DNA of 63,956 bases, the filler included, from Sphacelaria rigidula (taxonomy: Eukaryota): the NCBI GenBank assembly GCA_964200075.2. It is 6 parts of 6 records of this genome, joined end to end, with 100 filler letters (N's around TTAATTAATTAA, not from the genome) between each part and the next. Parts side by side here need not be neighbours in the genome. Positions count along the whole stretch, not along the records: positions 21,356 to 31,931 come from CAXNAA020006254.1; positions 32,032 to 42,606 come from CAXNAA020006255.1; 4 more parts are not named here. The stretch is one strand, 5' to 3'. The translations under genes and the position numbers were made by a program. Position 1 is the first letter of the stretch, and the number at the start of each line of letters is the position of its first letter. This document shows, in pieces, positions 26,355 through 38,330 of this stretch. The notes beneath the pieces were generated by a model. The model ran no database searches. It was not told where the DNA came from and worked only from the letters and a program-made list of their open reading frames with translations.

Positions 26355-27409
26355 ACCCAAATTCGAGAAAAATGATGACGTATTCCGACTGAAAAATTGA
26401 TAGGAGACGTCTTATTCGAGGTACCTTTTGCGATATTAAACTCCATTGCACTGAAAAATGACCAGTTTACATCCGAGACTACCAACTCGAGGTACTTACG
26501 ACGACCCATCAATAAAGGCAACCCGGAAATCGCAGCAGCTACGCTCACGACCTATTATGCGGCCAAATTGGGTTGAGTGCGGCTTCCTGGACACCAGATG
26601 ACGTTTCAGCACTTCGATCGACGGGTCCTGACCAAGTCATTTACATTTAGACCAATCCGGAGGCTATTGCTGCCCCTCTTTTATTTTGGCTATTATACAG
26701 CAGTGCATTCAGACCTCGTCAAGAGACGAAGAATCGCTACATGGCACGTAACGACTGTACAGAGAACATCTTCAACACATTGGTGTGTCTCACGAGGAGG
26801 TTGGGCCCATGTTTCCCTCCAGAGATAAGAAAGTGGCCAATTTCCGGGGGTGATATTCACCGTTCTGTCCTGTCGCAAAGGAACGGTGGTGCTCCTGGCT
26901 ATCCTAGGGGTACATGGTAACGGTGTCGATGCTTTGATGATACCTCTCATGAGTTTGGAAGCATCATGTAGTCCGCCCTTAAATGACTATTACTTCAAGT
27001 ATCACCTCCAGCGTGAGGGTGTTCGGGGAAGTATGCTCATCTCATGTCGGGGAAGGGGGCAAGGGTAGTCTCAGATCAGCAACAATTACGTACACGTTTT
27101 AGTGACCACTGGCGTGTTCAGGAGCATCGCCATTCACATGGAACAGTCGCTGATGTTTAATTATGATCCCAGCGCGTACTTAGCGAGGGGATGGAAGAAT
27201 ATCTTCGCTGGGGCGTGTGCTGTCCCGTTAAAAAACCAAAGGGTAACGCTACTTAGAGCAGGTTGCAGGCTGTCTATTGGTACCGCACACGTGTTCAGAA
27301 TCACCATTGTTCGGCCGCAAATGGATAAAACATCGGATAACACTCCTTATTCTGCTGAGTATGCTCGAGGAGGGGATGGGTTTATGTTATCCCCGGGAAA
27401 GGGGGTGGG

Positions 27410-27460
27410 GGGGGTGTACTCATGATCATGCATGCCATAGTCATCAGACCATTGACCTCG
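27410..27460 (-). repeat. Type-B poly-G terminal repeat (also about 10060-10132, 23425-23497, 31812-31853, 42521-42600, 53211-53281)
   Basis: (G)nTGTACTCATGATCATGCATGCC.TAGTCAT.AGACC.T.GACCTCG is conserved across scaffolds. Confidence 0.88.
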
Positions 27461-27494
27461 AAAGGGGATGGGGGGCGGGACGACTGATCAAGCA

Positions 27495-27895
27495 GTGTGT
27501 GTGTGTGTGTATGTGTGTGTGCGTGTGTGTGTGTGTGTGTGTGTTGTGTTGTCGCCCCATATATTCTGGACGCCGGTCTACACCTTTCGGTATATGTGGG
27601 CGCACCAGCCGGGGTCACACAGGAGGAAGGTCAACACAGGAGCTTTCTTCGTTTTTATTTGTTCCAAGAACCCCACCTTCCTCCTGCAGTGCTTGCCTTT
27701 AATTTTCATCGCGAGAGGAGTTCAGCAGTCCCTTTCCCTCGTCGACCGTTGAGTCGAATTTCGTGTACCCACGACATAGTCGTTCTCCACTGTTGGGCAT
27801 GGTGTGCAAAAAATCCTAGATCGCTCCGACAATTGAACCCACGACCCAACCGTCAGAGGGTTTCGAGGTTACCGACTGAGCCACCGGGGTGACCG
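27495..27895 (-). mobile_element. tRNA-derived SINE with (CA)n tail
   Basis: Minus-strand head has A box TGGCTCAGTCGG and B box GGTTCAA. Body is collinear with 59716-60057; a 3' fragment lies at about 48705-48755. Confidence 0.85.
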
Positions 27896-30800
27896 AAGCA
27901 GTAGGTTAGGTGAATGCGTTCCAGCGGAGCGACCTATTTGCAGGTGGGGTATGCAAATAAGAGCGCGCAGGTCGCGAACGCCTACAGAGCCAAATCCACA
28001 AGAAACTCAATTTCAAATACAGCACACACGAAACAACGGTCGTACTCCACAGCAGCTCACAGCAGGGCAATAACACCGAACAGATTTTGTCGAAGGGCAG
28101 GATACCACAAGCGTAGGCGGCGAGGAGTTTTCTGCCCGATACTACCGGAAATCATAAAATGGATCTTTCGAACTTGGAACAGTCCTCGAGACAATTTCCC
28201 AGAACAACAAAAACAAATGTTGACAGTTGCTGCGGCGTCATGAACAACAAGCCTATCAGTTGAGCGTTCAAAGTGATCCTGTCATGTGTGTGTGCGATTT
28301 CGTAATGACAACCGTCCACACTCACTCGCCGCAGCCTATGAACGGCAAAACAGTGTATCCACGCAGATAACGACAAGTTGATGTATACTGCGGTGCTCGG
28401 TGTGCAATACACGACCGCATACACGCAAGGCGGGGGGTGAAGTTGTGAAATCACCCCTATAACTACAATACCGCTATCTGTTGTCTTCTGTGCGGACTGT
28501 ACACTCTGTACAGCCGACAACAGACAACAGTAATGCGGTAGTACTACCGTACAGGACTTGAAGTGGTCTGTACAGTTGACAAGTGGTACGATACAGGAAC
28601 ACTCCCACTACTCGTGCTGCCACCTGAACAGCCTGCACAGTACACAGACACGGGGTACAGACAGCGTGGTGTCTTGTACAACAGAAGTGCAACAGTATAA
28701 TATGGCGGTATTCTCGATAGCAAGCAGCTGCTGCAGATACAGTCGGTTTATTCAGAGCATCCATACAATCGAAAATGCGCGGTGCTTCGATGGCCAAGAA
28801 CACAGCACGACTTTAGGCTCGTCAGTATCGAGCAGAAAGCTCATCGCCACCGACTGGTGTGGTTTCCCGCCCTACGACAAGATCATTTCTTTACCGCCCT
28901 GCTGTGGCCTGCTGTAGAGTGCGACGATTGTCTGTCGTTTCGTGTCAGCAGTATTTGAAATCGGGGTTGTCGCGGATCTAGTCCTGGAGGCGTTCGCGAC
29001 CTGCACGCCTAAATTTCCATATACCACCCGCGAATAGATCGCGCCGCGTTCTAACTATGCCTCTCGCCCGTTCATGGGCATCACCATTCGCTTTCAACAG
29101 GCCCCTGACGGTACGACATAACCCCTGCGCGATCTCAAGAGAGGAGATGAAGGAATATCTCCCCCGGGGGGCCTGTAGTGTCAAAAGGCATAAGATATCA
29201 ACACTCGAGGTATATTGTAGACTTTATACTGTAGACTTTCTATCCGTAACAGTCACGTGTTCAGATTTATTTTCGTCCGGCAGCAAACAAATTAAACGCT
29301 GGATAACACCTCCCTTCCCGCTGAGATTGTTCGGGAATGGGGCACGTTGAATTCGTCCCCAGGAAAGGGGGTGGGGGGAGAAGGAGGTCATGAAGCAGTA
29401 GGGTAGGGTGAATACATTTCTACCGATGCTTCCCGCTTGCCAGGGGCATCGTCTGTCGTGTCGACATGCCCATGTAACTATAACAGCCCCCGTCGTGTTT
29501 GGGGAGGGAATAGATCGATTCCATCCTCGGCTTGGGAGAAACGACGGGTTGGAGGAAAATACCTCATTGTTCACACGTCATACCAATGTGCTAATGTGCT
29601 GAGGTGCACCGACACCCGTGTGATCATGGTTGGGGGGCGTGGGGGGTGAGGGAGGGGGGGGGGGAGTGTTTATCAAATCCCCCGTTAAGAAACTATTTTT
29701 TGTTTTTTTCTTCGTCAAATATTCGTGACATATTTCCGTATCAGCCACAAGCATTGTCACTCGCATGCTATGGGCCGAAACGGTGGATACCACCCCCTAA
29801 CTCACGGTAGAATCCGCCTCCAGGGACGGCTATTTCCTCATCCCCTGCGCCCCCCCCCCCGCCCTCCGCCCTTCCCATGGGGTTGGCGTCGGTTGGCAGC
29901 GACGCTTTAGAACACGCCACTCACTGAGTAAGCTAGGCAACCAGGTTACCGTTGTTTTTTTCGCCGGCGTTCTTTCTGCGGTAACCATGATGGTGGCAGA
30001 GCTAGATCATATTGTGCGGAGTGGGAGAACCTCAATTCCACGAAACGGGGATGATCATACTACAAAGTGTTCAAATGGTGAGACACCCATGAGGCAGTGT
30101 ATGAGCCGTGACTGTCTCTGGAAGTAGCGATACCAGAAAATACAGCAACTCGTTGCTGGCTGTCATCCGTACGCAAGATAATCAGTACGCTTCGGGCCGA
30201 CTAATCGTAGCAGGATGCAGCTCACCCCTGCCATTTGTTACAGTGAAATCCTCAACGTTAACATTCTCGGTCAACTACACAGCCCCCTGCGAAACTAATC
30301 TCATGTGAGGGAGATTAGGCATGCCATTTGGACAAAAAATTGTTCCACGATTTGCGAATATTTTTACAGTCTTCAGCTGCCAAATGTTTTTTAAAAGAGG
30401 AACACACGCGGTCACACACGCGGACACGCACGCCCTTACTTACTTCGAAACGTGCTGTACTGTTTCCAACAAGGCCTAAAATATGGATAGAAAATAGATA
30501 TTTTGACTACAGTAACTTAAAACGGGTACCGTACGAAAAGCAAACACTCCACACCCTGGACAAAAGATCATGTTGTCAAAACAAATGTACTGCGTACAGT
30601 ATGAAATCAGTTGTCTGCTGCAATAGGCGCGATCGTCGATACTGTACGCAGTACACTTCTTGATTGATTGATTGATTGATTAATTGATTGTCGCACTTTA
30701 ACTGACCCCCCAGGGGTCCAGCCGTGGTCTCACGATAGACGTACGTACCCAACAAAAAACAAAAGTGAAACACGCTCTGAAGAAAAAAAAAAAAAAAAAG

Positions 30801-31137
30801 TAGAAAAAAGTATTTGATTGTGTATTCTTTTGTCCGGGGTATGAAACACTGCACCTCTCTGGACAATATATGGTCAGTAGACGCAATAGTCCCATACTTT
30901 ACGTGGCACATTTTCATCTATACAGCAACTGCTGACCACATGTTGTCCAAGGTATGAAACACCTGTGCAGGTATGAAACACCTGTGCTGTCCCTCGTACT
31001 GCCATATTTTTTTGCGCGAGAAACAAACATGGCTACTTGTTGCTCAATGGATCAGAAAGGACAAAAATAATGTAATACACGCAATCACCCACGCACGCCC
31101 ACACACACACACACACACATGCGCACACAGTCATCAC

Positions 31138-31695
31138 CTGGAAGGAGTACTGGAGTACGTACAGCCAGAAAATAGCCCCGTACGGATCTATCGCCTCGCG
31201 AAGTCGATTAACGGTCGCCCAGCTCCAACACACCACTAGGGCGATCGGATACAGCCGTAACCGATTCACGATCCCCATCGAAGTCGACGACCGCGATGGC
31301 CGCGACGACCGCCCCCCTCCCCCTCCCCCGCCCCCACTTCGCCTTCCCGACGTCCCCCAGCTCCCTCCCCCGTAGTCATCTCCCCACTCGGTATCCGGTG
31401 GACCGGATCGGGTATCCTGCTCCTCTAGCGGTTCGTCGTACACAACCATCGCAGCCTCGAACCCCTTGATGGCGCTGTATACACGATAGCACATGTACGC
31501 ATTGATCGCGACGGCAACCCAGAGGGGTACATAGATTATACTGAACCTCCAGAAGGTACCCCACTCCAGAGACTTGAGGTCCCTCGCTGTGATTGAACAC
31601 CAAGCGCCCGCGTCGCCGTAGCTGTCCGTGCTGAAGGGCAGGGCGGCCATGACCAGAGGAACGGTCCAGCACCATGCCATCACGGAGCGGAAGCG
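31138..31695 (-). CDS. Internal exon of a GCR1/cAMP-receptor-like (Dicty_CAR-type) 7TM receptor, about TM4-TM6
   Basis: 558-nt phase-0 exon (ttcag|CGC..CAG|gtgatg): WCWTVPLVMAALPFSTDSYGDAGAWCSI..FWRFSIIYVPLW..RLRLYPIALVVCWSWATVNRL. These motifs are typical of the plant GCR1 and Dictyostelium cAR/Crl family. Confidence 0.85.
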
Positions 31696-32116
31696 CTGAA
31701 ATTTCGGAGTCAAGAATTTTTTAGAAGGACGGTAAGGGGGGCGGGGGGGGGAGGGAGGAAATATTGACATCAGTTCTCAATCCTCAATCCTCAATACTGC
31801 TCGTTATTACTGAGTATGGCATGCATGGTCATGAGTACACCCCCCCCCCCCCCCGGGGGGGGGGGACAAGATAAAAGTAAGCGAAAAAAAACATATGAAG
31901 GGGAAAGAAGCGCCGCGACGGGAAGTGGGAGNNNNNNNNNNNNNNNNNNNNNNNNNNNNNNNNNNNNNNNNNNNNTTAATTAATTAANNNNNNNNNNNNN
32001 NNNNNNNNNNNNNNNNNNNNNNNNNNNNNNNCCCCCCCCCCCCCGGGCACGGTCTCGCGTGGCCCCTTTCTCCTGCGCAGGAACGCACAGCGCCGCTCTC
32101 CTCCCCCCCCCCCCCC

Positions 32117-33158
32117 TATCGTGGAATGACTTGACGGTACCTGGTTACATAACCTTGTACTGATTCAGCGGGGTATTGAGTAAAGGTTGCTATATCACGA
32201 GCATGTTCCTGGACACCGTTGGCAGGCATTAGCAAGTCTAAAAATGCCGACGCTATAAATGGTCCCACGTGCGTGGGGACCTAAATAAAACTTTCGAACG
32301 AACATCGTCTGGCGTGACGCGGTCGGATTCCCAATCTATTTGACCCTCCATCAGTTGATGGTATACAAGAAGACTACCTCGACCAAGAATAAGAGAGAGG
32401 TGTTCATACGCCAACACGCCGCCGTAAGAGGGGTCATTAGGTCGCACAGATGTGACCTTGAAGCCCACCTAGATAAGATACTTGCTCAGTACCTCGGAGA
32501 AATCAGTACTGGCTGTAGCGTCGGTGATACACGAACAGTATTTAAGATCAGCCGGCGTAATATTACACACCTTCTGAGACTGATCAGACATAACGGCGGA
32601 CAACCGCTTTGAAAGCGCATTGACCGAGCTGCCGCCGCTACATGTCATAGTACGGGACATGACGGCCAAATCAGACGCTATTTGACGGACATGCGGGGAT
32701 ACCCCAGGCATTTGTCTGGAGTTGACCTTGTCGAACTCAACTTGTACTGTGCGCCACATAGCCGCCGTCGCTCCGCTGCGTGCATCTGAAGTCGAAGCTG
32801 ACGCGGTAGACGAGGAGGCACGGGGTGATGATGTGGTGGCGGTTGGAGGCGACGAAAGGGTCCGAGGTGAGGCTGATGACGCAGTGGCAGAGGGGGTCGA
32901 TGGGGACGCCGCTGCTGCCGCTGCTGCTGCCGCTGCCGCTGCTGCCATGTCTGCAGTTGTAGGGGACGGGTTAGCTGGTGCTTCAGCTGCTGCCCCTGCC
33001 GCGGCGGCGGCAAGGGGAACATGCTCTTCTACAGTCTCTGTTGGGGTGGGGCCCCTGGACTCCTCAACGCCAGAGGCGGGCATGGTGTTGGCGGGGTCGG
33101 CTGGCTCGTAGTCGAGGCCGTGGTTGAGTAGAGCAGAAATCGAGTGAAGGTTAGACAT
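32117..33158 (-). pseudogene. Retrotransposon gag (Retrotrans_gag-like), disrupted; probable LTR/PBS region upstream to about 33700
   Basis: ATG at 33158, Ala/Ser-rich N-terminus, in-frame TAG at 32469-32471, then TWDHL and after a frameshift ASAFLDLLMPANGVQEHARDIATFTQYPAESVQGYVTRY (gag TW..F / Q..ESV..Y..R motif). A PBS-like TGGCG lies just upstream of the ATG. Confidence 0.7.
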
Positions 33159-34792
33159 CGCTACCGTCAGACGCCAATATAAGACACAGTCGCGGACAGC
33201 GGGTGTGACGTATCCTACCCGGACAGTGGGTGTATGCAGGCCGTAGCTTCTCACTCGGTGTAAGGGTACGGAGTGTCCTAATCTGAGATGTGGACTCGGA
33301 CTGGACTGACTTTGCGAGGCACGGTTTGGGTTGAAACACAAAGCGCCCGAGTAGGGGGGGCTCCCACGGGGGAGCCTCAATGACGGGACAATGACGATCC
33401 CAGGCTGGGGATTGGAGGATAACAGTCCCAGGGTGACAGGCCTGGGAAGACGGTCCGGGTTGACTAGCCCGGGTTATTAGTAAGCGGGTCGGGTCATGTA
33501 GAGGTCCTAGTAACAGAAGTAAATGAATCTACTGTTTAGGGTGGCGAAAGCATCTTGGAGACGAAAGATTAGATACCCAAAGATCGGTTACTAAGGGTCA
33601 ACTGATGAAAAGGTTCAAGATAAAACGGCCAAGCACTCAAAAGGGCGAGTACCGAAGGACCGAGTGCCGACATATCAATCGTAAGGTTTTCTAGAGACGC
33701 ACTCACGAAGCACTCACAGGCAGCGTTTGCCCATGGCTGCTACTCTCCTTCAGCTCTCTTTACCACTCATGTTTCAGCTCTGTTTTACTACTCCTTTTTC
33801 ACCACTCGAATATTCTCCTATTCATCAAGGGAGTCATTCGCAGATTTCGCTTATCACGTCCGAAATCGATTGGGTATGAGGTCGTGTCTTGGCAAATCAT
33901 TTTTCGATCGAAAAAGTGCTGTGTAAAACAGAATCCTGATCTGGGGTTGTCATTTCAACATAACGATAGTTGAAATCTCGACTGATCAGATTAACATTTT
34001 CTCTTTCCACCACACATTTCCGACCGAAAAACAATGTGCCAAAACACGCCCTGATATATGTATCGCATGACATAAGCTGACAATCAGGCATGTCTAGACT
34101 GACGTGTCAGGAGGTAAGATTATGAACCCTGAATCGTGTTGACATTTTCGCACCCCTCTACCAGCCCACGCTTCGTCCGGGGAAAAACTGTTCACGTCTG
34201 GCAGACCTACACTATAGATACCCGCTTCCACGTCGAAATATATAGTGGGAAGCCTCCTTTTGCCTTTGAACGAAACTGTCTTCGAGTCACGTTTTCAACC
34301 ACGCAAATGAGATAAACGTCAGAAACAACCCACATGTATGTGTCGGGATCCGCATTTATCCCACCTAATGATGTCAGAGGTAATATCAGACCCCTGAAAC
34401 GCGGCGGCTACCCATGCGCCACAATATTGGCGTTCAAGTCAGTCGTGGAATATCAACCTTAAGCCCTTGCACCAATAGAGCCTTCATAAAGAAGATCAGC
34501 CTCAAGCTCATTGTGCCCCTGAAACAGAATACGGCTCATCAACAACACCAGCCCGAATCTTGCTTGCACCCTCCACAAGAACAATAACGTCCAGCAGCAG
34601 GTACGACCCTCGCGACAAGTGAAGCCCCCAAGCATGAGGTCCCGCATCAGGAGAGAAATCGCTACCAACTCTAGATCAAACCAACTCTCACGGTAGGATA
34701 GCATAGGGCATTCTTGTTCCCTCTTGAACCAGGTACTGTTGTCATCACATGAACAACAACCTTGTCGCCCCCTGCGTACCAGAGCACTTGAA

Positions 34793-36758
34793 TCAATCCT
34801 TCTTGCGCCCCTGAATCAGAATAGCCTTCATGAAGAACGCCGGGGCTCCCCCGCTTGACACGCCAGGGGCCGGCAGGCCTGGGCCTGTGGGAGCGCGACC
34901 CTCTTTGATGTCTTGTAGGACCTGCCTCTCGAAAATCGCACAAGCCTCGTCACGAACGTTTTCACGCCCAGCCGCCTCCTTTTCCGCCAGATCCAACTGC
35001 CGTCAAGATCCATCAATAGGCGGGAAGATGAGGAGTATTAGGGAGGAAGAGAATGAGGGTGGTATACGCTACTCTCACAGCGTGTACCTCAACCATTAGT
35101 GAAACGTTGTGTGTCTGAAGTCATTTAGGTTACCCCGAAAGAGACGATTTTCAACCCAGTATTGCTTAACTGCCCGTGTTGCTCAGGTTTTGCAGCCGCA
35201 GTTTGTCGATCATTGACCATCACGCGTCCTCGAGAGGGTTGATCATTGTGTTGGATTTAGAGGTACCCAACAACCAACTGCTCGTTTTTACTTCGAGAGG
35301 TGAAGCTCATCACTGGTTTTATCGACTTTCGATCTACGGATGCCGCCGCGCTCGCAGAGAGGTGGGGAGGGCGCCGGGGACAATGTGCATGATAACAGAA
35401 AAGCATAACTAACGCAAAATATGACAACATCAACCTGTCCGATGGCCCTGTGAGTAGCATCCCGTTTCGCCGTCCGTGGCCATCATCTCCTAGTAAAGCC
35501 ATCGTTTCCTCGCTGCTGTCTGATGTACCAAGCGATTTCATGACACCTTCGTTTACGTCCCACATTTCCCCCTCCAACACGTCCCGTTCCTCCTTGCATA
35601 GTTCACATCTACGACTGCATGATTTCTACTCTCGAATACTTTGCCGCAGTGTATTTCTGTGAATCTATTTCCTCCTCCACCCGACTACTGGTACACCCCC
35701 CTTGTGGCAGGTCCAGATACTCCACCCGAAATCGCAATTTGAATTTCTCGGCGTAGTCCATTAAGTTTTGCAGATATGCTTTCATCCGTATCCCCTGCCT
35801 CAACCCTCTGTAAATCTTTACTGAAGGAAGGGAGCGGGGGGGGCATGATATGAACCCTGAATCCTTTCTGTACTATCGTTCCTAGCTCTCATCCTGTAAC
35901 GCGGGATAACGTTTTCGGCTTCAACGAGACGTTGTGGGCCCAGTATAACATACTACTTGTCATCCTCCACTCCTACGGACGCGGGAGCAGGGGCGGAGAG
36001 GAGTGAGAGGATTGGAGTCGCCCGTAAACAGGCTTTTGGGTGTTTGTTACCGACCGCGGCTCTACACGACTTTATGCTGAGTGTTCACTCACATCAAGGG
36101 GCGTGGACTTCACCATGAAGGGGAATAAGTCACGAAGACCTTGACCATCGGGGACGTAAAGCGGGATGAGTATCTGTTCACCCTTGACGTCCACAAAGCC
36201 AGCGTCCTCCATCGCCTTGATCCCACCGTCTCCCCCGAAGCGCTGGACGTCGAACGGAAACTCGTCGAGTCCTTCAAACGGTCTCGACGAGATATCGCAT
36301 CACAAGAGTTATATTAATATTTTAAATGAAAACAGTACGATGTGGCCCGCGCCGTACGGGATCGCAAGTTCACCTCGAAGTGCTGCACATCTCTGGCCGT
36401 TTTGACCGTTGCATAGATTGCGCAGCGACGTCCTAATCCGTGTTTGGGAGCATCTATGGGCAAAGAAAAGGCGATAGGTGAAATCAGTATCGTAAGGTGC
36501 GAACTGAAATCATGTTAGAACCGGTGGTAACCATTGGAGCACTCCCCTGCCGCGAGATTCTTGGGCTAACCTCGACACTAATATCCAAATATCGTCCGAT
36601 ATCGACCTCTTGACGTCAGATCAACCCCCAAAACCCAGTTTCCACTAACCGTCGAGCGTGATTATAGCCTTGAACATTTTCATGGCAATAGAGTTGGGGT
36701 CCCTGTCCCAGGCGGCAACCATAGCGAGGCCCCCCGTCTTGAGTACGCGGTAAAATTG
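34793..36758 (-). CDS. 3' part of a class I SAM-dependent methyltransferase; exons 36758-36650, 36271-36093, 34996-34793
   Basis: Phase-compatible exons give QFYRVLKTGGLAMVAAW..GIKAMEDAGFVDVKGEQI..MKAILIQGRKKD*. The RVLKxGG motif, AGF motif and terminal GRK strand match UbiE/Methyltransf_11-like enzymes. 5' exons not found. Confidence 0.8.
35480..35815 (-). mobile_element. LINE ORF2 3' remnant in a methyltransferase intron
   Basis: KLRFRVEYLDLP..CELCKEERDVLEGEMW..MALLGD; homologous to 59340-59710. Confidence 0.65.
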
Positions 36759-37041
36759 CTGCGGGAATATAAGGAACATGGCGACAGCGAAACCAAGACG
36801 AGTAAGTGCGGCCTGCGGCCATGGGTTTCATCGAGACAAGCAGATTCGAAAACAGCGCAACGCCCACGGACAACAAAAATGCCGTGTTTGCATGTGTCAA
36901 TATTCAGTACGGTAGATACGGTTGAGGAAGAGAGCCGAGCCTTCTCATTCTGAAACATGCGCTGCTTCACCCTGGGTCACACTTGAGATTTGGAACAAAT
37001 ACTCACAGGTTTTCTTGATGTTATGGCTTTTCTCATGAGCA

Positions 37042-37067
37042 CCAGTACCAGCACCAGCACCAGCACC

Positions 37068-37104
<37 letters not shown>

Positions 37105-37152
37105 TAGTACAGTAGTAGTAGTAGTATAGTATAGTAGTAGTAGTAGTAGTGT
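37042..37152. repeat. (AGCACC)n/(AGT)n microsatellite
   Basis: Direct reading of the sequence. Confidence 0.95.
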
Positions 37153-37945
37153 TTTGATCATTGATATTTCTCTCGTAATATTTGTAAGTATTATCAATAT
37201 ATTAATATTATTTATATTATTATTTTATCATTATTATTGTGGAACCCACACTAGCTGTGTGTGCGACGTGAGTACGTGTATGTCATGTAAACCGGAGATG
37301 AGGTAGTTACAGGAGCAGGTAGGCCCAATAGTGGACTGCTTAAGAGGCCTAAGATTCTCATATCATACAGCCGGATTTCCGGGACCTGGGTAACAGATCT
37401 CGACGGTAGAATTGTTACAAATACCCGAAAGCCACTGACGAGTCCCGGGGAGTCATTTCTACTCCATAGCAGCTTTGACTCCGACAGCGTATCGCCCAGG
37501 TCACGGCCAATCCTTGCCTAAATGTCAAGAGAGAAAACACGCCTCGCTTTGGAGATCCTCTGGGAAGAACCACCCTCGTTAAGGCGACAACACCCATAGC
37601 CAAGGCGACCATGCCGAGCAAGAAGAACAATAACGAGTTCCTCGGACGACACGCCCTTTCAAGAAGTGCAGCAGCAGGAGAAACGTAGTGGTAATGTGCA
37701 CAATTATCCAACTAGAGAGGTGGGAAATTTGGGACTGTGCGAGACCGGTAACTTGAGAGCGCGCTACATATAACGCCCATGGCTAGTCAAACAGGTAGAC
37801 CACAGCTACCGACATACCTCCCACCGCCACAGTACGTGAGTCAGACGCATCACTCAAGCAGACAACTCTCTGGAAACGAGGTAACTCGAAATAGCACTCA
37901 CAAAGATACTACAGAACCTGCGAGTGCACAACCTTACGGCGCCCT

Positions 37946-38330
37946 TCAACTCATAAATTGAGAGCGGGTGTAACGGACAGTTTCATCGCATCCAACAACT
38001 CATGAATCGAGAGGGTGTAACAGAAAGTCTAATCGCATCTAGCGATTCCTGAAATCGCGCGGGGGGGGGCGTACTCATTTGTTGCTTGCCTTAATCGCTT
38101 GGCCATTGGCCACGCATCCCTTTAGAGACGGAGCCGAGAAATTGAGACGGGATGTCAAGCAACATCTGACTGCATTCAACAACTCATGAAATTGAGAAGG
38201 GGTGTACAGGTAGCGGCACATCTGACCGTACCCAACAACTCATAAAGTTGAGGGGTCGTGCGACAAACAGGCGGACAGCGCCCAACAAATCGATGAAGTC
38301 GAGGAGGGGTGTAGCAGACATAACCAACTA
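37946..38330 (+). repeat. Degenerate tandem array, about 7 units of 47-56 bp, interrupted by a type-A poly-G repeat
   Basis: Core CAACAACTCATGAAATTGAGA.GGGTGTA recurs at about 37946, 37993, 38040, 38136, 38177, 38233 and 38283. Confidence 0.75.

Noticed and set aside
27103-27242. Possible plus-strand exon TTGVFRSIAIHMEQSLMFNYDPSAYLARGWKNIF
   Set aside because: Neighbouring coding-like stretches (26370-27030) contain stops and no consistent model could be built.
27820-27895. tRNA genes here and at 59716-59795 and 53860-53942
   Set aside because: A/B boxes are present but there is no full cloverleaf, and each continues into a shared SINE body.
33159-33380. N-terminal extension of the 303-aa ORF 32469-33380
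   Set aside because: It starts at a non-ATG codon and runs through the probable LTR/PBS; the gag start is more likely the ATG at 33158.
37946-38330. CRISPR array
   Set aside because: Repeats are degenerate, spacers are related to each other, there are no cas genes, and it lies within a eukaryotic retrotransposon.
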